64,000 nt of DNA from Myxococcota bacterium (GTDB lineage Bacteria; Myxococcota_A; UBA796; SXON01): NCBI GenBank assembly GCA_040386535.1, contig JAZKFH010000055.1:64001-128000 (forward strand), written 5' to 3'. Made by a program: the position numbers and the translations under genes. This document shows, piece after piece, positions 1 through 8,768 of the stretch; the stretch's first letter is position 1; every line of letters begins with the position of its first letter. The notes beneath the pieces were generated by a model, which made no database searches, was not told where the DNA came from, and was given only the letters and a program-made list of their open reading frames with translations.

Positions 1-1538
1 GGCCCCAGCACGTACGCAGGAACGAGCCCCTCGCGCGTGGAGAGGCGGTTGCAGAAGTCGACGGCCTCGTACCAGGTGACTCCCTCGACGGGTCGGTCGG
101 CCGCGACGTGGGCACTCGGGTTGGTGCCCATCACGTCGGCCCAGAGGGCCTGATCGACCTCGTGGACGCCGACGAGCAGGGAGCCGGTGAGCGCGACCGG
201 ATGCGGCGTCTCGTCCTTCCAACGCTCGGCTTCGGCCGGAGGCGACCCCATGGTGAAGCGGCGCGGGGAGAGCGACACCATGGGGTAGCGCGCGGTGAGT
301 GGAGCAGACGGGGTCAGGGCGGCGGTCGAGACGGGTACTTCCACGCTTGGGAGAGGCGTCGCGACGACCGGGTTGGTGTCGGAGCCGAGGGCCGCGAGAT
401 AGAGGAAAGTCGCGACGATTCCGACTGCGCCGAGCGCCACCGCGCCGAGGAGAAGGTAGTAGACCGCGGATCGGCTTGGCGACGCCTTCCCCATCACCGC
501 CGGTTTCGCGATGGGCGGCGCTTGCGACTTGACGGGTGTGGCCTGGGTCGCGACCGGCGGAGTTGGTGCCACGATGGGCGCGGGAGGTTCCGGCACGACC
601 GACGGTCCGCGCCCGGGATCCGTGGCTTCGTCGTCCGAGAGGTCATCCGCGGCGACGAGCGCTCTCTCGAGCGCAATGTGCAGCGAGCCGCACGAGGGAA
701 ATCGCGCGGAGGGCGAGAGCGCGAGCGCGCGGCGGAGGAGATCGCATACGCCGGGCGAGAGGCCGGGGATGTGGGCTTCGGGGGGGTGAAATGCGCCCGA
801 GACGATGTTGCGCATCGTGTCGTACTCGGTGTCGGCCTCGAACGGGAGGTGCCCGGTGAGGAGCTCGTAGAGCAGGACGCCGATGGCCCAGGTGTCGGTC
901 TCCGGGCCCACGTCGTCGCCTCCGCGCACCTGCTCGGGGCTCATGTAGTGCAACGTGCCGACGCGAAGTCCGTCGTCCATGCGTTGCTTTCCCGTCGCCA
1001 GGGCGCTCCCCACGATGACCTTGGCAATGCCGAAGTCCGTGACCATCGGGCGCAGGCGCCCTGGCCCCCTGGACGTGGCCGCGTCCCGCGCGAGCAGCAC
1101 GTTCTCCGGCTTCAGGTCTCTGTGAATGATGCCGGCGCGATGCGCAACGTCCACGGCGTCGAGGACGGGGAGCAGCACCTCGAGGGCCTCGGAGAGGGTC
1201 ATCCGGCGGCCCAGCGTCTCGAGGTGGCCTCGCAGCGACGGGCCCTCTACCAACTCCATCACGAGCCCGGACACGGGAGTGGTGAGGATGTCGGTGGCGC
1301 CGACGAGGTGTGGGTGGCGGAGCTGGGCCTGAATGCGACCCTCGGCCAGGAACCGAGCCCGAACATCCTCGATTTGCGCGTAGCGTTCATCGAGCACCTT
1401 CACCGCGTGAAGGCTTCGGAGCGCAACGTGACGAACACTGTAGACGCGTGCAAACGTGCCACTGCCGACGAGCTCGATCACCTCGTATCGTCCTTCCAGG
1501 AGAGCGCCGGGGGTCAGCAGAGTCAGAACGACGTCCAC
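1..1538 (-). CDS. Ser/Thr protein kinase - TM helix - formylglycine-generating-enzyme (FGE/SUMF1-like) domain; 3' end runs off the window
   Basis: Absent from the ORF track because it has no stop in the window. Manual translation from GTG at 1538 gives GSGTFARVY, HAVKVL, HRDLKPENV, DFGIAK, GTLHYMSPEQ, then a hydrophobic helix (AVYYLLLGAVALGAVGIVATFLYL), then FTMGSP...HEVDQALW...PVEGVTWYEAVDFCN, typical of FGE-sulfatase domains. Start codon uncertain. Confidence 0.88.
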   Translation of the reverse strand, partial: MDVVLTLLTPGALLEGRYEVIELVGSGTFARVYSVRHVALRSLHAVKVLDERYAQIEDVRARFLAEGRIQAQLRHPHLVGATDILTTPVSGLVMELVEGPSLRGHLETLGRRMTLSEALEVLLPVLDAVDVAHRAGIIHRDLKPENVLLARDAATSRGPGRLRPMVTDFGIAKVIVGSALATGKQRMDDGLRVGTLHYMSPEQVRGGDDVGPETDTWAIGVLLYELLTGHLPFEADTEYDTMRNIVSGAFHPPEAHIPGLSPGVCDLLRRALALSPSARFPSCGSLHIALERALVAADDLSDDEATDPGRGPSVVPEPPAPIVAPTPPVATQATPVKSQAPPIAKPAVMGKASPSRSAVYYLLLGAVALGAVGIVATFLYLAALGSDTNPVVATPLPSVEVPVSTAALTPSAPLTARYPMVSLSPRRFTMGSPPAEAERWKDETPHPVALTGSLLVGVHEVDQALWADVMGTNPSAHVAADRPVEGVTWYEAVDFCNRLSTREGLVPAYVLG

Positions 1539-2761
1539 GCGCCGACCGGCGTACCACGCTTGCGACGAACCGCTACGCCCCATCCATCGGCCGCCAGGAG
1601 CGGCGCGCTGACGAACCAACTCAAGCCGCCGCTGGCGCAGGTGACCGTCGACACCAGCGCCATGAGCACGAGCCCCTTTCCGGCCTGCCCATTGTAGAGC
1701 TGACCAACCCCCGGGATGCAGACCAGCCCCAGAAGCGCGGCGAGCAACGGCGACGAGGTCCTGTCGGGTCGGAGCGTAGGCGCCGTGACGGGGACTCTCG
1801 CGGCGGTGGATGCGACCGGCGCTGCGCCGACCGGCACCACCCCCACCGGCTCTGGGAGGCGCGTCACCGCGACGGACAGCGACGGCCGCTCCGGGAGCGG
1901 GGCGCCAGGAGTGGTGGCGAGCGCCAGGGCCTTCCGGAAGTCGTCGCAAGTGGCGAATCGCTCGCCGGGGTCGACCGCGAGCGCCTTGCGGATGCACGCG
2001 GCCACCACGGGGGGAAGCCCGCCGATGAGGCGCTCCGGCGGCGCGAACTGGCCCTCCACGATGTTCTTCATCGTGTCGAACTCCGAGTCCGCGGCGAACG
2101 CGACGCGGCCCGTGACGACCTCGTACAGGATGGCGCCCAGCGCGAAGATGTCCGAGCGCGCGTCGAGGTCGACGCTCCCGCGCACCTGCTCGGGGCTCAT
2201 GTAGAGGAGCGTCCCCATGCGCATCCCCGCCTCGGTCTTGCGCTTCCCGAAGCGCGCGGCGTCGGCGCCGGTGATCTTCGCGATGCCGAAGTCGGCCACC
2301 ATCGGGCGCGGGCGGCCCCGGCTGTCCTGGCTGACGATGATGTTCTCGGGTTTCAGGTCACGGTGAACGATCCCGAGCGCGTGCGCGGCGCCGACGGCGT
2401 CGAGAACCGGCAGAAGGAGGTCGAGCACCAGGGGCAGGGGCGGCGGGCCCCCGTGCGCCTGCACGAAGCCGTCGAGCGTCGGCCCCTCGACGTACTCCAT
2501 CACCAGGCCCGCCACGGGCTGCGTGACGATGTCGGTCACCGGCACGATGTTCGGGTGGCGCAGCTGCGCCTGGATGCGGCCCTCCGCGAGGAAGCGGTTC
2601 CGCAGGTCCGGATCGGCGGCGAGCGTGTCGTCGAGCACCTTCAACGCGTGCTGGCTCAGCAGCGCGACATGCCGCACGAGGTACACGGACGCCATCGCGC
2701 CGCGGCCGATGGGTCGGACGATCTCGTAGCGGTTCTCGAGGAGGGTGCCGGGGGGGAGCAT
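1523..2761 (-). CDS. Ser/Thr protein kinase with C-terminal membrane (TM2-like) domain
   Basis: GRGAMASVY, HRDLKPEN, DFGIAK, GTLLYMSPEQ; C-terminus LLGLVCIPGVGQLYNGQAGKGLVLM resembles TM2-type hairpins. Start placed at MLPPG. Confidence 0.9.
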   Translation of the reverse strand: MLPPGTLLENRYEIVRPIGRGAMASVYLVRHVALLSQHALKVLDDTLAADPDLRNRFLAEGRIQAQLRHPNIVPVTDIVTQPVAGLVMEYVEGPTLDGFVQAHGGPPPLPLVLDLLLPVLDAVGAAHALGIVHRDLKPENIIVSQDSRGRPRPMVADFGIAKITGADAARFGKRKTEAGMRMGTLLYMSPEQVRGSVDLDARSDIFALGAILYEVVTGRVAFAADSEFDTMKNIVEGQFAPPERLIGGLPPVVAACIRKALAVDPGERFATCDDFRKALALATTPGAPLPERPSLSVAVTRLPEPVGVVPVGAAPVASTAARVPVTAPTLRPDRTSSPLLAALLGLVCIPGVGQLYNGQAGKGLVLMALVSTVTCASGGLSWFVSAPLLAADGWGVAVRRKRGTPVGAWTSF

Positions 2762-2793
2762 GAGGGGCGGCCACTGTACCACTGGGGGAGGGG

Positions 2794-4785
2794 CTACCAG
2801 CTCCCTCCACCGAAGCGATAGGTCTTCTTGATGGGCTGTGCCTTCACGATCGGCTGAAACTGCCAGGCGGTGACTTGTCTGGCCATGCAGGCTTCGAGCT
2901 CGGCGTCGGACCCGTTCACGCCCGACACGTGCACCGACGTCGTGGCTCCGTCCTTGGCGATCGTGAAGGACACCTCCCAGGCGCCCTTCAGGCCCTCCAC
3001 CTGTTTCAACCGCTCGTTGTAGCAGCCCTGGAGCTGCGGCGAGGATGCGTTGATCACGGCCTTTGCCATGGCAATGATCTCGTCGTTGTCCGTGAGGCCC
3101 CCCGTCGGTGGGTGGTCTTCCCGCGGTGCGGGCCCGGGAACCACGCGAATCGGCGGATCGCTGCCCTGTCCGGCTGGTCTCGTTTTCTCCCGGGGCCGGG
3201 TGAGCGGGGGTTTCTCCCTCGGGGCCGGCGCGGCGGGCTCGACCGCGGGGGCAGCAGGGCTCGGCGCCTTTGGCCGGGCCGGCATGATCGAGGGCGCCGT
3301 CGCGGGGACCACTGGGGCGTCGGGGTACCCGTACAGCGAGGAAACGCCTGACCCGAGGCAGACCAGGAACCCCACGAGCGTGGCCACTCCGGCAAGCGTC
3401 GGGGCGGCGCCGCCGGACTTGTCACGCGAAGCGTTGGAGGTGGGCGAGCTCACCGGTCCCATCCCACCAAACGCTACGGGCATCCCTATCCAACGCGCGG
3501 TGACGTCCTTGCCCGTCCAATGGCGTCCGTTCGGGGCGCGAGCCTTCGCCCGCGGTGCTTTGTTGATGAACTCGGCCACCTGGCTCGGCGTCGTCACCCG
3601 GGGGGGGAGCACGCGGGCGACGGACGCCCAGAAGTCGGCCGAGGTCGTGGTGTGCACGTAGGGGTCGGTCGCCTCGGGGGCCGCGGGCGGGGCTTCAGGA
3701 GAAGCCGCGAGTGCCCCGCCATGTTGCCCCGATGTGTGCAGCAGCCTCGCGTAGGCCGAAGCGGTTTCCGGCTTGGGGTCAACGGTGCGTATGGTAGCAG
3801 TTCCGGGGTAGCCGCGACGGGTATCCACCGCGGACGCGACCGCGGCACCTTGGACCCGCTCGACAATCGTTGGGGCAACAGGACGGACTGGCCTCGATGC
3901 GGGCACCGCCGTCACCTCGGACGTAGGGGCAGTCGCTCGCGTTTTTGGCGTCCCCCCGAGCACGGCGGCCAACTCCGCACAGCTCCCGATCCGCGCGTCC
4001 CGATCCGGCTCCAGGCACCCCGCGATCGCGGCGCGCCAGGCTCCGGGCACGTCCGCGCGCTCCGTCTCCACCCGCGCCCACCGCCCCGCCTGGATCGCCG
4101 AGTACGTCGTGAACATGCTCGGGTAATCAAACGCCGCCCGCCCCATCAGCATCTCGTAGAGGATGCAGCCGAGCGCGAACACGTCCGCGCGGGCGTCGAC
4201 CCCCTTCGCGTCGTCGTATTGCTCCGGCGACATGTACTGCGGCGTGCCCATCATCATCCCGGTGCGGGTGCGCCCCTTCGGCGTGTCGTCGTCGGCGAGC
4301 ACCTTCGCGATGCCGAAGTCGCTCACCCGCGGCACCGGCACGGACCCCGACACGTCGAGGAGCACGTTGGCCGGCTTCAGATCGCGGTGCACCAGCCCGC
4401 GCGCGTGCGCCGCCCCCACTCCGGAAAGGATCCCCCGGAAGATCGCCTCGACTTCCGCGACGGGCAGCGGCCCGCGCTGTCCGATCCACGCCTCCAGCGT
4501 CGGCCCGTCGACGAATTCCATGAGCAGCGCGGGCGCCCCGTCCACGTCCAACACGTCGGTCACGGCGACGAGGTTCGGATGCCGGAGGCCCGCCTGGATC
4601 CGTCCTTCCAACACCAGCCGGTCGCGCACCTGTGGCGCCGCCGTGGTGAGCACCTTGAGCGCATGCAGCGTGTTCAGCGTTCGATGGCGCACCCGGTACA
4701 CCGCGGCCATGCCCCCGCCCCCGAGGAGTTCCTCCACGACGTAGCGATCGATGATTTGTCCGGCGGGCAACACGGCGTCGAGCAT
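2794..4785 (-). CDS. Ser/Thr protein kinase - TM - AgmX/PglI (TonB_C-like) C-terminal domain
   Basis: GGGGMAAVY, HRDLKPAN, DFGIAK, GTPQYMSPEQ; TM helix; C-terminus LQGCYNERLK..GLKG..VSFTIAKDG..LEACM..WQF. Confidence 0.9.
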   Translation of the reverse strand: MLDAVLPAGQIIDRYVVEELLGGGGMAAVYRVRHRTLNTLHALKVLTTAAPQVRDRLVLEGRIQAGLRHPNLVAVTDVLDVDGAPALLMEFVDGPTLEAWIGQRGPLPVAEVEAIFRGILSGVGAAHARGLVHRDLKPANVLLDVSGSVPVPRVSDFGIAKVLADDDTPKGRTRTGMMMGTPQYMSPEQYDDAKGVDARADVFALGCILYEMLMGRAAFDYPSMFTTYSAIQAGRWARVETERADVPGAWRAAIAGCLEPDRDARIGSCAELAAVLGGTPKTRATAPTSEVTAVPASRPVRPVAPTIVERVQGAAVASAVDTRRGYPGTATIRTVDPKPETASAYARLLHTSGQHGGALAASPEAPPAAPEATDPYVHTTTSADFWASVARVLPPRVTTPSQVAEFINKAPRAKARAPNGRHWTGKDVTARWIGMPVAFGGMGPVSSPTSNASRDKSGGAAPTLAGVATLVGFLVCLGSGVSSLYGYPDAPVVPATAPSIMPARPKAPSPAAPAVEPAAPAPREKPPLTRPREKTRPAGQGSDPPIRVVPGPAPREDHPPTGGLTDNDEIIAMAKAVINASSPQLQGCYNERLKQVEGLKGAWEVSFTIAKDGATTSVHVSGVNGSDAELEACMARQVTAWQFQPIVKAQPIKKTYRFGGGSW

Positions 4786-4833
4786 ACCCCGTGCTCCGGT
4801 GCGGAGTTCACCGCGCGGACACGGTCGTGGAAA

Positions 4834-6216
4834 TCAGCCGCCGGCCTGCTTGGGTGGAGTCGCATGCTTCCAGCCGGATTCCTGGCGCCATCGCAAGATT
4901 GGGTACTCTTTGTAGTGGGACAATGGCTTTCGAAGGCGGCTCGTGGTGGCGGCCCGAACGATGCCATAGGCGAATAGAAAGCACAGAAGTCCACAGACGA
5001 CTCCCCCGAACTCCCCGTCCGCCAGCGCCTGGGAGAGGGCGAGCGCACCGAGGATCGCGCCCAACGTGCCAAACGTGTTCAGGGCGGATGTTCGACGATG
5101 CGCCCCACGACAATCCCCGCAGTAGGGAATACGGAGCTGACTCGTCTCCCAACGTCCCTGCTCCTGCCTGCACAGCGGGAGGATGTACGGAGGCGTGTCG
5201 CCAGCGGGTGGCCCTCCGCAGAACCAACACGAGGAGGCGCCCCGCTCTCGTGCCTCGATGAGCTCGCGCTCGAGCGCCGGACTTAGAGATCCTGTCGCCC
5301 TCTCCGGTGCCGCGCGCGGATCGGCCGCCGGACGCCGCACTACCGCCGAGCCAGCAACCGAAGAAGGGGCGAGCGCCCCCCCCAACGCCGTCACAAACGC
5401 CCCGCAATCCTGGAACCGAGCGTCCGCGGCTGGCGCGAGCGCTGTCTGGATGCACTCCGCCAGCGCAGGACTGACCCCGGCCGCGACGCGCGCGGGCGGG
5501 TCGAAGCGGCCGTCCACGATGTTGCGCATCGTGTCGAACTCGCTGTCGCCCGCGAAGGCCGGGCGCCCGGTCGCACACTCGTAGAGGATGGCGCCCAGCG
5601 CGAAGATGTCCGCGCGGGCGTCGACGTTGCTCGAGCCCCGGATCTGCTCTGGGCTCATGTAGTGCAGGGTGCCCATGCGCATGCCCGTGCGCGTCCTCTG
5701 TTTCCCCGCGTCGAGCGCGCTCGCTTCGAGCACCTTGGCGATCCCGAAGTCACCCACTACCGGCCACAGGTCGGTGCCTCGGCGCGTCACCAACACGTTG
5801 TCGGGCTTGAGATCGCGGTGGACGACCCCAGCGGCATGCGCGGCACCCACCGCGTCGAGCAGCGGGAGCATGATGACAGCGATCTCCCGCGGTTCGAGGG
5901 CGGCGACCCGCTCGGCGAGGAGCTGGGTGAGCGTCGGACCCTCGATGAGCTCCATCACGAGCCCGGCCACGGGGTCGGTGACGATGTCCGTCACCGCGAT
6001 GATGTTGGGATGCCGAAGGCCGGCCTGGATGCGCCCTTCCGACAGGAAGCGGCTCCGCATCTCGGGGTCGTTGGCGAGGTGCGGGAGCAGCACCTTGATG
6101 GCGTGCGTGCTGTGGAGGAACTGGTGGCGTGTCCGGTAGACCGTCGCGAAGCCGCCTTCTCCGAGCGTGCCAGTTATGGTGTAGCGTCCATCGAGAATTG
6201 TGCCGACAGGAAGCAT
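4834..6216 (-). CDS. Ser/Thr protein kinase with CxxC...CxxC zinc-finger-like module and two TM helices
   Basis: GEGGFATVY, HRDLKPDN, DFGIAK, GTLHYMSPEQ; CWFC...CGDC followed by two hydrophobic segments. Start placed at MLPVG. Confidence 0.9.
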   Translation of the reverse strand: MLPVGTILDGRYTITGTLGEGGFATVYRTRHQFLHSTHAIKVLLPHLANDPEMRSRFLSEGRIQAGLRHPNIIAVTDIVTDPVAGLVMELIEGPTLTQLLAERVAALEPREIAVIMLPLLDAVGAAHAAGVVHRDLKPDNVLVTRRGTDLWPVVGDFGIAKVLEASALDAGKQRTRTGMRMGTLHYMSPEQIRGSSNVDARADIFALGAILYECATGRPAFAGDSEFDTMRNIVDGRFDPPARVAAGVSPALAECIQTALAPAADARFQDCGAFVTALGGALAPSSVAGSAVVRRPAADPRAAPERATGSLSPALERELIEARERGASSCWFCGGPPAGDTPPYILPLCRQEQGRWETSQLRIPYCGDCRGAHRRTSALNTFGTLGAILGALALSQALADGEFGGVVCGLLCFLFAYGIVRAATTSRLRKPLSHYKEYPILRWRQESGWKHATPPKQAGG

Positions 6217-6419
6217 GGGCGCGCACAGTAGCACGGGCACCACCGAGGACGATGCGTCTCGGGGACGGGGATGCCGTCCGCGGGGGGCGACGTCCTACGG
6301 GGTGGCCGGGGACCTCGTCGTCGGGCGCGGGGGCGGCCGGCGGCTGGTCGTGAGCACGCCCAGGCGCTCCGCTTGACGCCCCCACCGGTCTCTGCTCTGC
6401 TCCCGCCCCGGAGAACGGA

Positions 6420-8768
6420 ATGCCACGAAGCGATGCAAACGCCATCTCGCTGCGCACGGTGCGCGCGGTGCTGGACGCCGCGGCGTCGTTCGAGATGACC
6501 GTTGCCGGGCAGCACGTACATGTGGAGGTCGAGCGGCTCCCGGCGCCGACGTGGCCGCGCCCGAACATGATGGCGTTGGATGCGCAGGCAGACGGGCCTT
6601 GGCCGACGCCGGTGCGCGTGCGATGCACCTGGCCGGGCGGCGCCACGACGCTCCGCGTGATGGCCAGCTTCTGGCGGGGCGGGCCCCACGACGGACAGGT
6701 GACCTTGCGGGTGGCCATCGACGCCACCGATCGGGAGCTTGTGTCCATCACGCTCTACCCGATGTTCCACGAGGTGCCCGACGGCGGCACCGCGCTGATC
6801 TGGGCGAGCACGGCTCTCTTCCCGCGGAAGGAGGCCGCGCCGGACGGGCAGTTGGCGGCGCTCGCCGAGCACCTTCGAGCCCGGGTCGCATCGGAGGGCC
6901 TGGTGGGTCCGACGCCCGCGCGCGTAATGCTTGGCGAGGCGTCGGTGCCCGGACCGGTCCTCCACCCGGACGCTGCAACTGTCTTCCGTCGCCTCACGAC
7001 GGTCACCCTGATCAAGGTCCCATACCTGCTGCGCGGCGGCATTCCCGGCATCGATGGCGCGCCGCCGTTCGACGTACCGTTGGGAGCCCCGCTTGCGCCC
7101 CCACCTCCTCCTGACCCTTCCACCCGGAAGGGCGCGTTCTGGCCGCTCCCGGGCGGCGTGCGCGGCTACAAGACGACACTCGACGCGCTCCTCGCCGACC
7201 TCGCCGAGGAGCCTCTCACCGACGCGGAGCTCCGCGATTGGTTCCGGGAGCGATTCAATCTCGAAGGGACCACCGCCGTGAACGGCTACCGGGCGGTGCC
7301 GGTGAGGCTTGGCTTCTCCGCGCGCGTCGATGGCCGGGTGGTTCTCACCGCGGCTGGGCGGGCCTACGTGGACGGCGGCAACGATCCGACCGTGTTGTTC
7401 GACCACATCCACCGTTCGCTCACGGGCATTCTCGACATCCTCGTGCTCGCCGAGGTGGCCGGCGCGGCGACGCGCTCGGGGACGCAGGCGATGCTCAACC
7501 ACCTGCTCTCGACGAGCTGGGAGAGCTCGAATCAGTCGGAATTCCGCCGCAACTGGCTGCTCTCGGTCGGTGCGACGGATCGGACTCCGGGCGGCGACGT
7601 CCTCACGCCCCTCGGCCGGGCGCTGGTCGAGCGGCACGCTACAGATGCCGCCGCCCTCCGCCCCCGCGTGATCGCGTTCCTGGCCGCCGCCGGCTCCCCG
7701 GAGCCCGGCGACGACGACGCGGACGACCCAGTCGAGCCCCTGATCGTGCCCGAGGCCGCCCCCTCCGCCCCGACCGACGCCTGGCTCTCCGGACGCCCGG
7801 TGCTCCGCCCGTCAATGGTGCACCCACACCTCGGGACGCTCCAGGTGCCGGACCGGCTGCTCGAACAGGCGTGCGCGGCGCTGACCGCCGGGAAGCACCT
7901 CCTGCTCGTGGGCCCACCGGGCACAGGGAAGACCGAACTCGCCATCGCGCTCGCGAACGCAGCCGCCACCGAGGGCTACTGCGCGCCGCCGCTCCTCTCG
8001 ACCGCCTCTGCGGACTGGACGAGCTTCGACACGATCGGCGGCTACATGCTCACCCAGTCCCGCGAGCTGCGCTTCCGCCCGGGCGTCTTCCTCGCGGCCC
8101 TGGAAGAGCAACGCTGGCTGCTCGTCGACGAGCTCAACCGCGCGGACGTCGACCGATCCTTCGGCGAGCTGATGACCGTGCTCTCGGGCAAACCCTCGCG
8201 CACGCCGTTCACTCTGGAGGATGGGCGCGCCGTCTCGATCGGGGCTCCCGGCGCCGGCCACAGCCACGTCGTCCCCGGGAGCTTCCGTGTGCTCGCGACG
8301 ATGAACACCTGGGACAAGACCTCCCTGTTCCGGCTGTCCTTCGCGGTGCAGCGCCGCTTTGCGGTGCTCCACCTCGGCGTGCCCGACGATGCGGCCTACG
8401 CGTCGATCCTCGCCGATGCGGCCACACGGGTGCACTATGACGACCCGGTGCTCGGCATCGCCTCGCTACACGCGCTCCAGGACCTCTTCCGGAGCGACCG
8501 CCTCCTCTCGTGCCGACCTGTCGGCCCGGCCGTCCCGCTCGACATGATCCGCTACCTGCGCCGACGGGGCCCCGGCGCAGACGCCCTCGTCGAAGCGGTG
8601 GCGCTCTTCCTGCTCCCGCAGCTGGAAGGCTTGCCGGAGGAGCCCGCGGCCGAAGTGCTCCGCATGCTCCGCGTCGGGATCGCGGCCTCCGCTTCGGACG
8701 AGGCCCGAGCCGAGCTCGTCGAACGCTATCGAGAGCTCTTCCCGATGTTTGCACTGGACCGAGCATGA
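6420..8768 (+). CDS. mcrB: McrB-like AAA+ GTPase with N-terminal unknown domain and tandem winged-helix-like region
   Basis: Walker A GPPGTGKT, Walker B LLVDELNRAD, McrB signature ATMNTWDKTSL...RRFA (NxxD); two ...LTxxGR wing-like segments before the AAA domain. Confidence 0.85.
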   Translation: MPRSDANAISLRTVRAVLDAAASFEMTVAGQHVHVEVERLPAPTWPRPNMMALDAQADGPWPTPVRVRCTWPGGATTLRVMASFWRGGPHDGQVTLRVAIDATDRELVSITLYPMFHEVPDGGTALIWASTALFPRKEAAPDGQLAALAEHLRARVASEGLVGPTPARVMLGEASVPGPVLHPDAATVFRRLTTVTLIKVPYLLRGGIPGIDGAPPFDVPLGAPLAPPPPPDPSTRKGAFWPLPGGVRGYKTTLDALLADLAEEPLTDAELRDWFRERFNLEGTTAVNGYRAVPVRLGFSARVDGRVVLTAAGRAYVDGGNDPTVLFDHIHRSLTGILDILVLAEVAGAATRSGTQAMLNHLLSTSWESSNQSEFRRNWLLSVGATDRTPGGDVLTPLGRALVERHATDAAALRPRVIAFLAAAGSPEPGDDDADDPVEPLIVPEAAPSAPTDAWLSGRPVLRPSMVHPHLGTLQVPDRLLEQACAALTAGKHLLLVGPPGTGKTELAIALANAAATEGYCAPPLLSTASADWTSFDTIGGYMLTQSRELRFRPGVFLAALEEQRWLLVDELNRADVDRSFGELMTVLSGKPSRTPFTLEDGRAVSIGAPGAGHSHVVPGSFRVLATMNTWDKTSLFRLSFAVQRRFAVLHLGVPDDAAYASILADAATRVHYDDPVLGIASLHALQDLFRSDRLLSCRPVGPAVPLDMIRYLRRRGPGADALVEAVALFLLPQLEGLPEEPAAEVLRMLRVGIAASASDEARAELVERYRELFPMFALDRA

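Noticed and set aside
1..300. Diversity-generating retroelement target (FGE/C-type-lectin fold)
   Set aside because: The variable region would lie off-window, and no reverse transcriptase or template repeat is visible.
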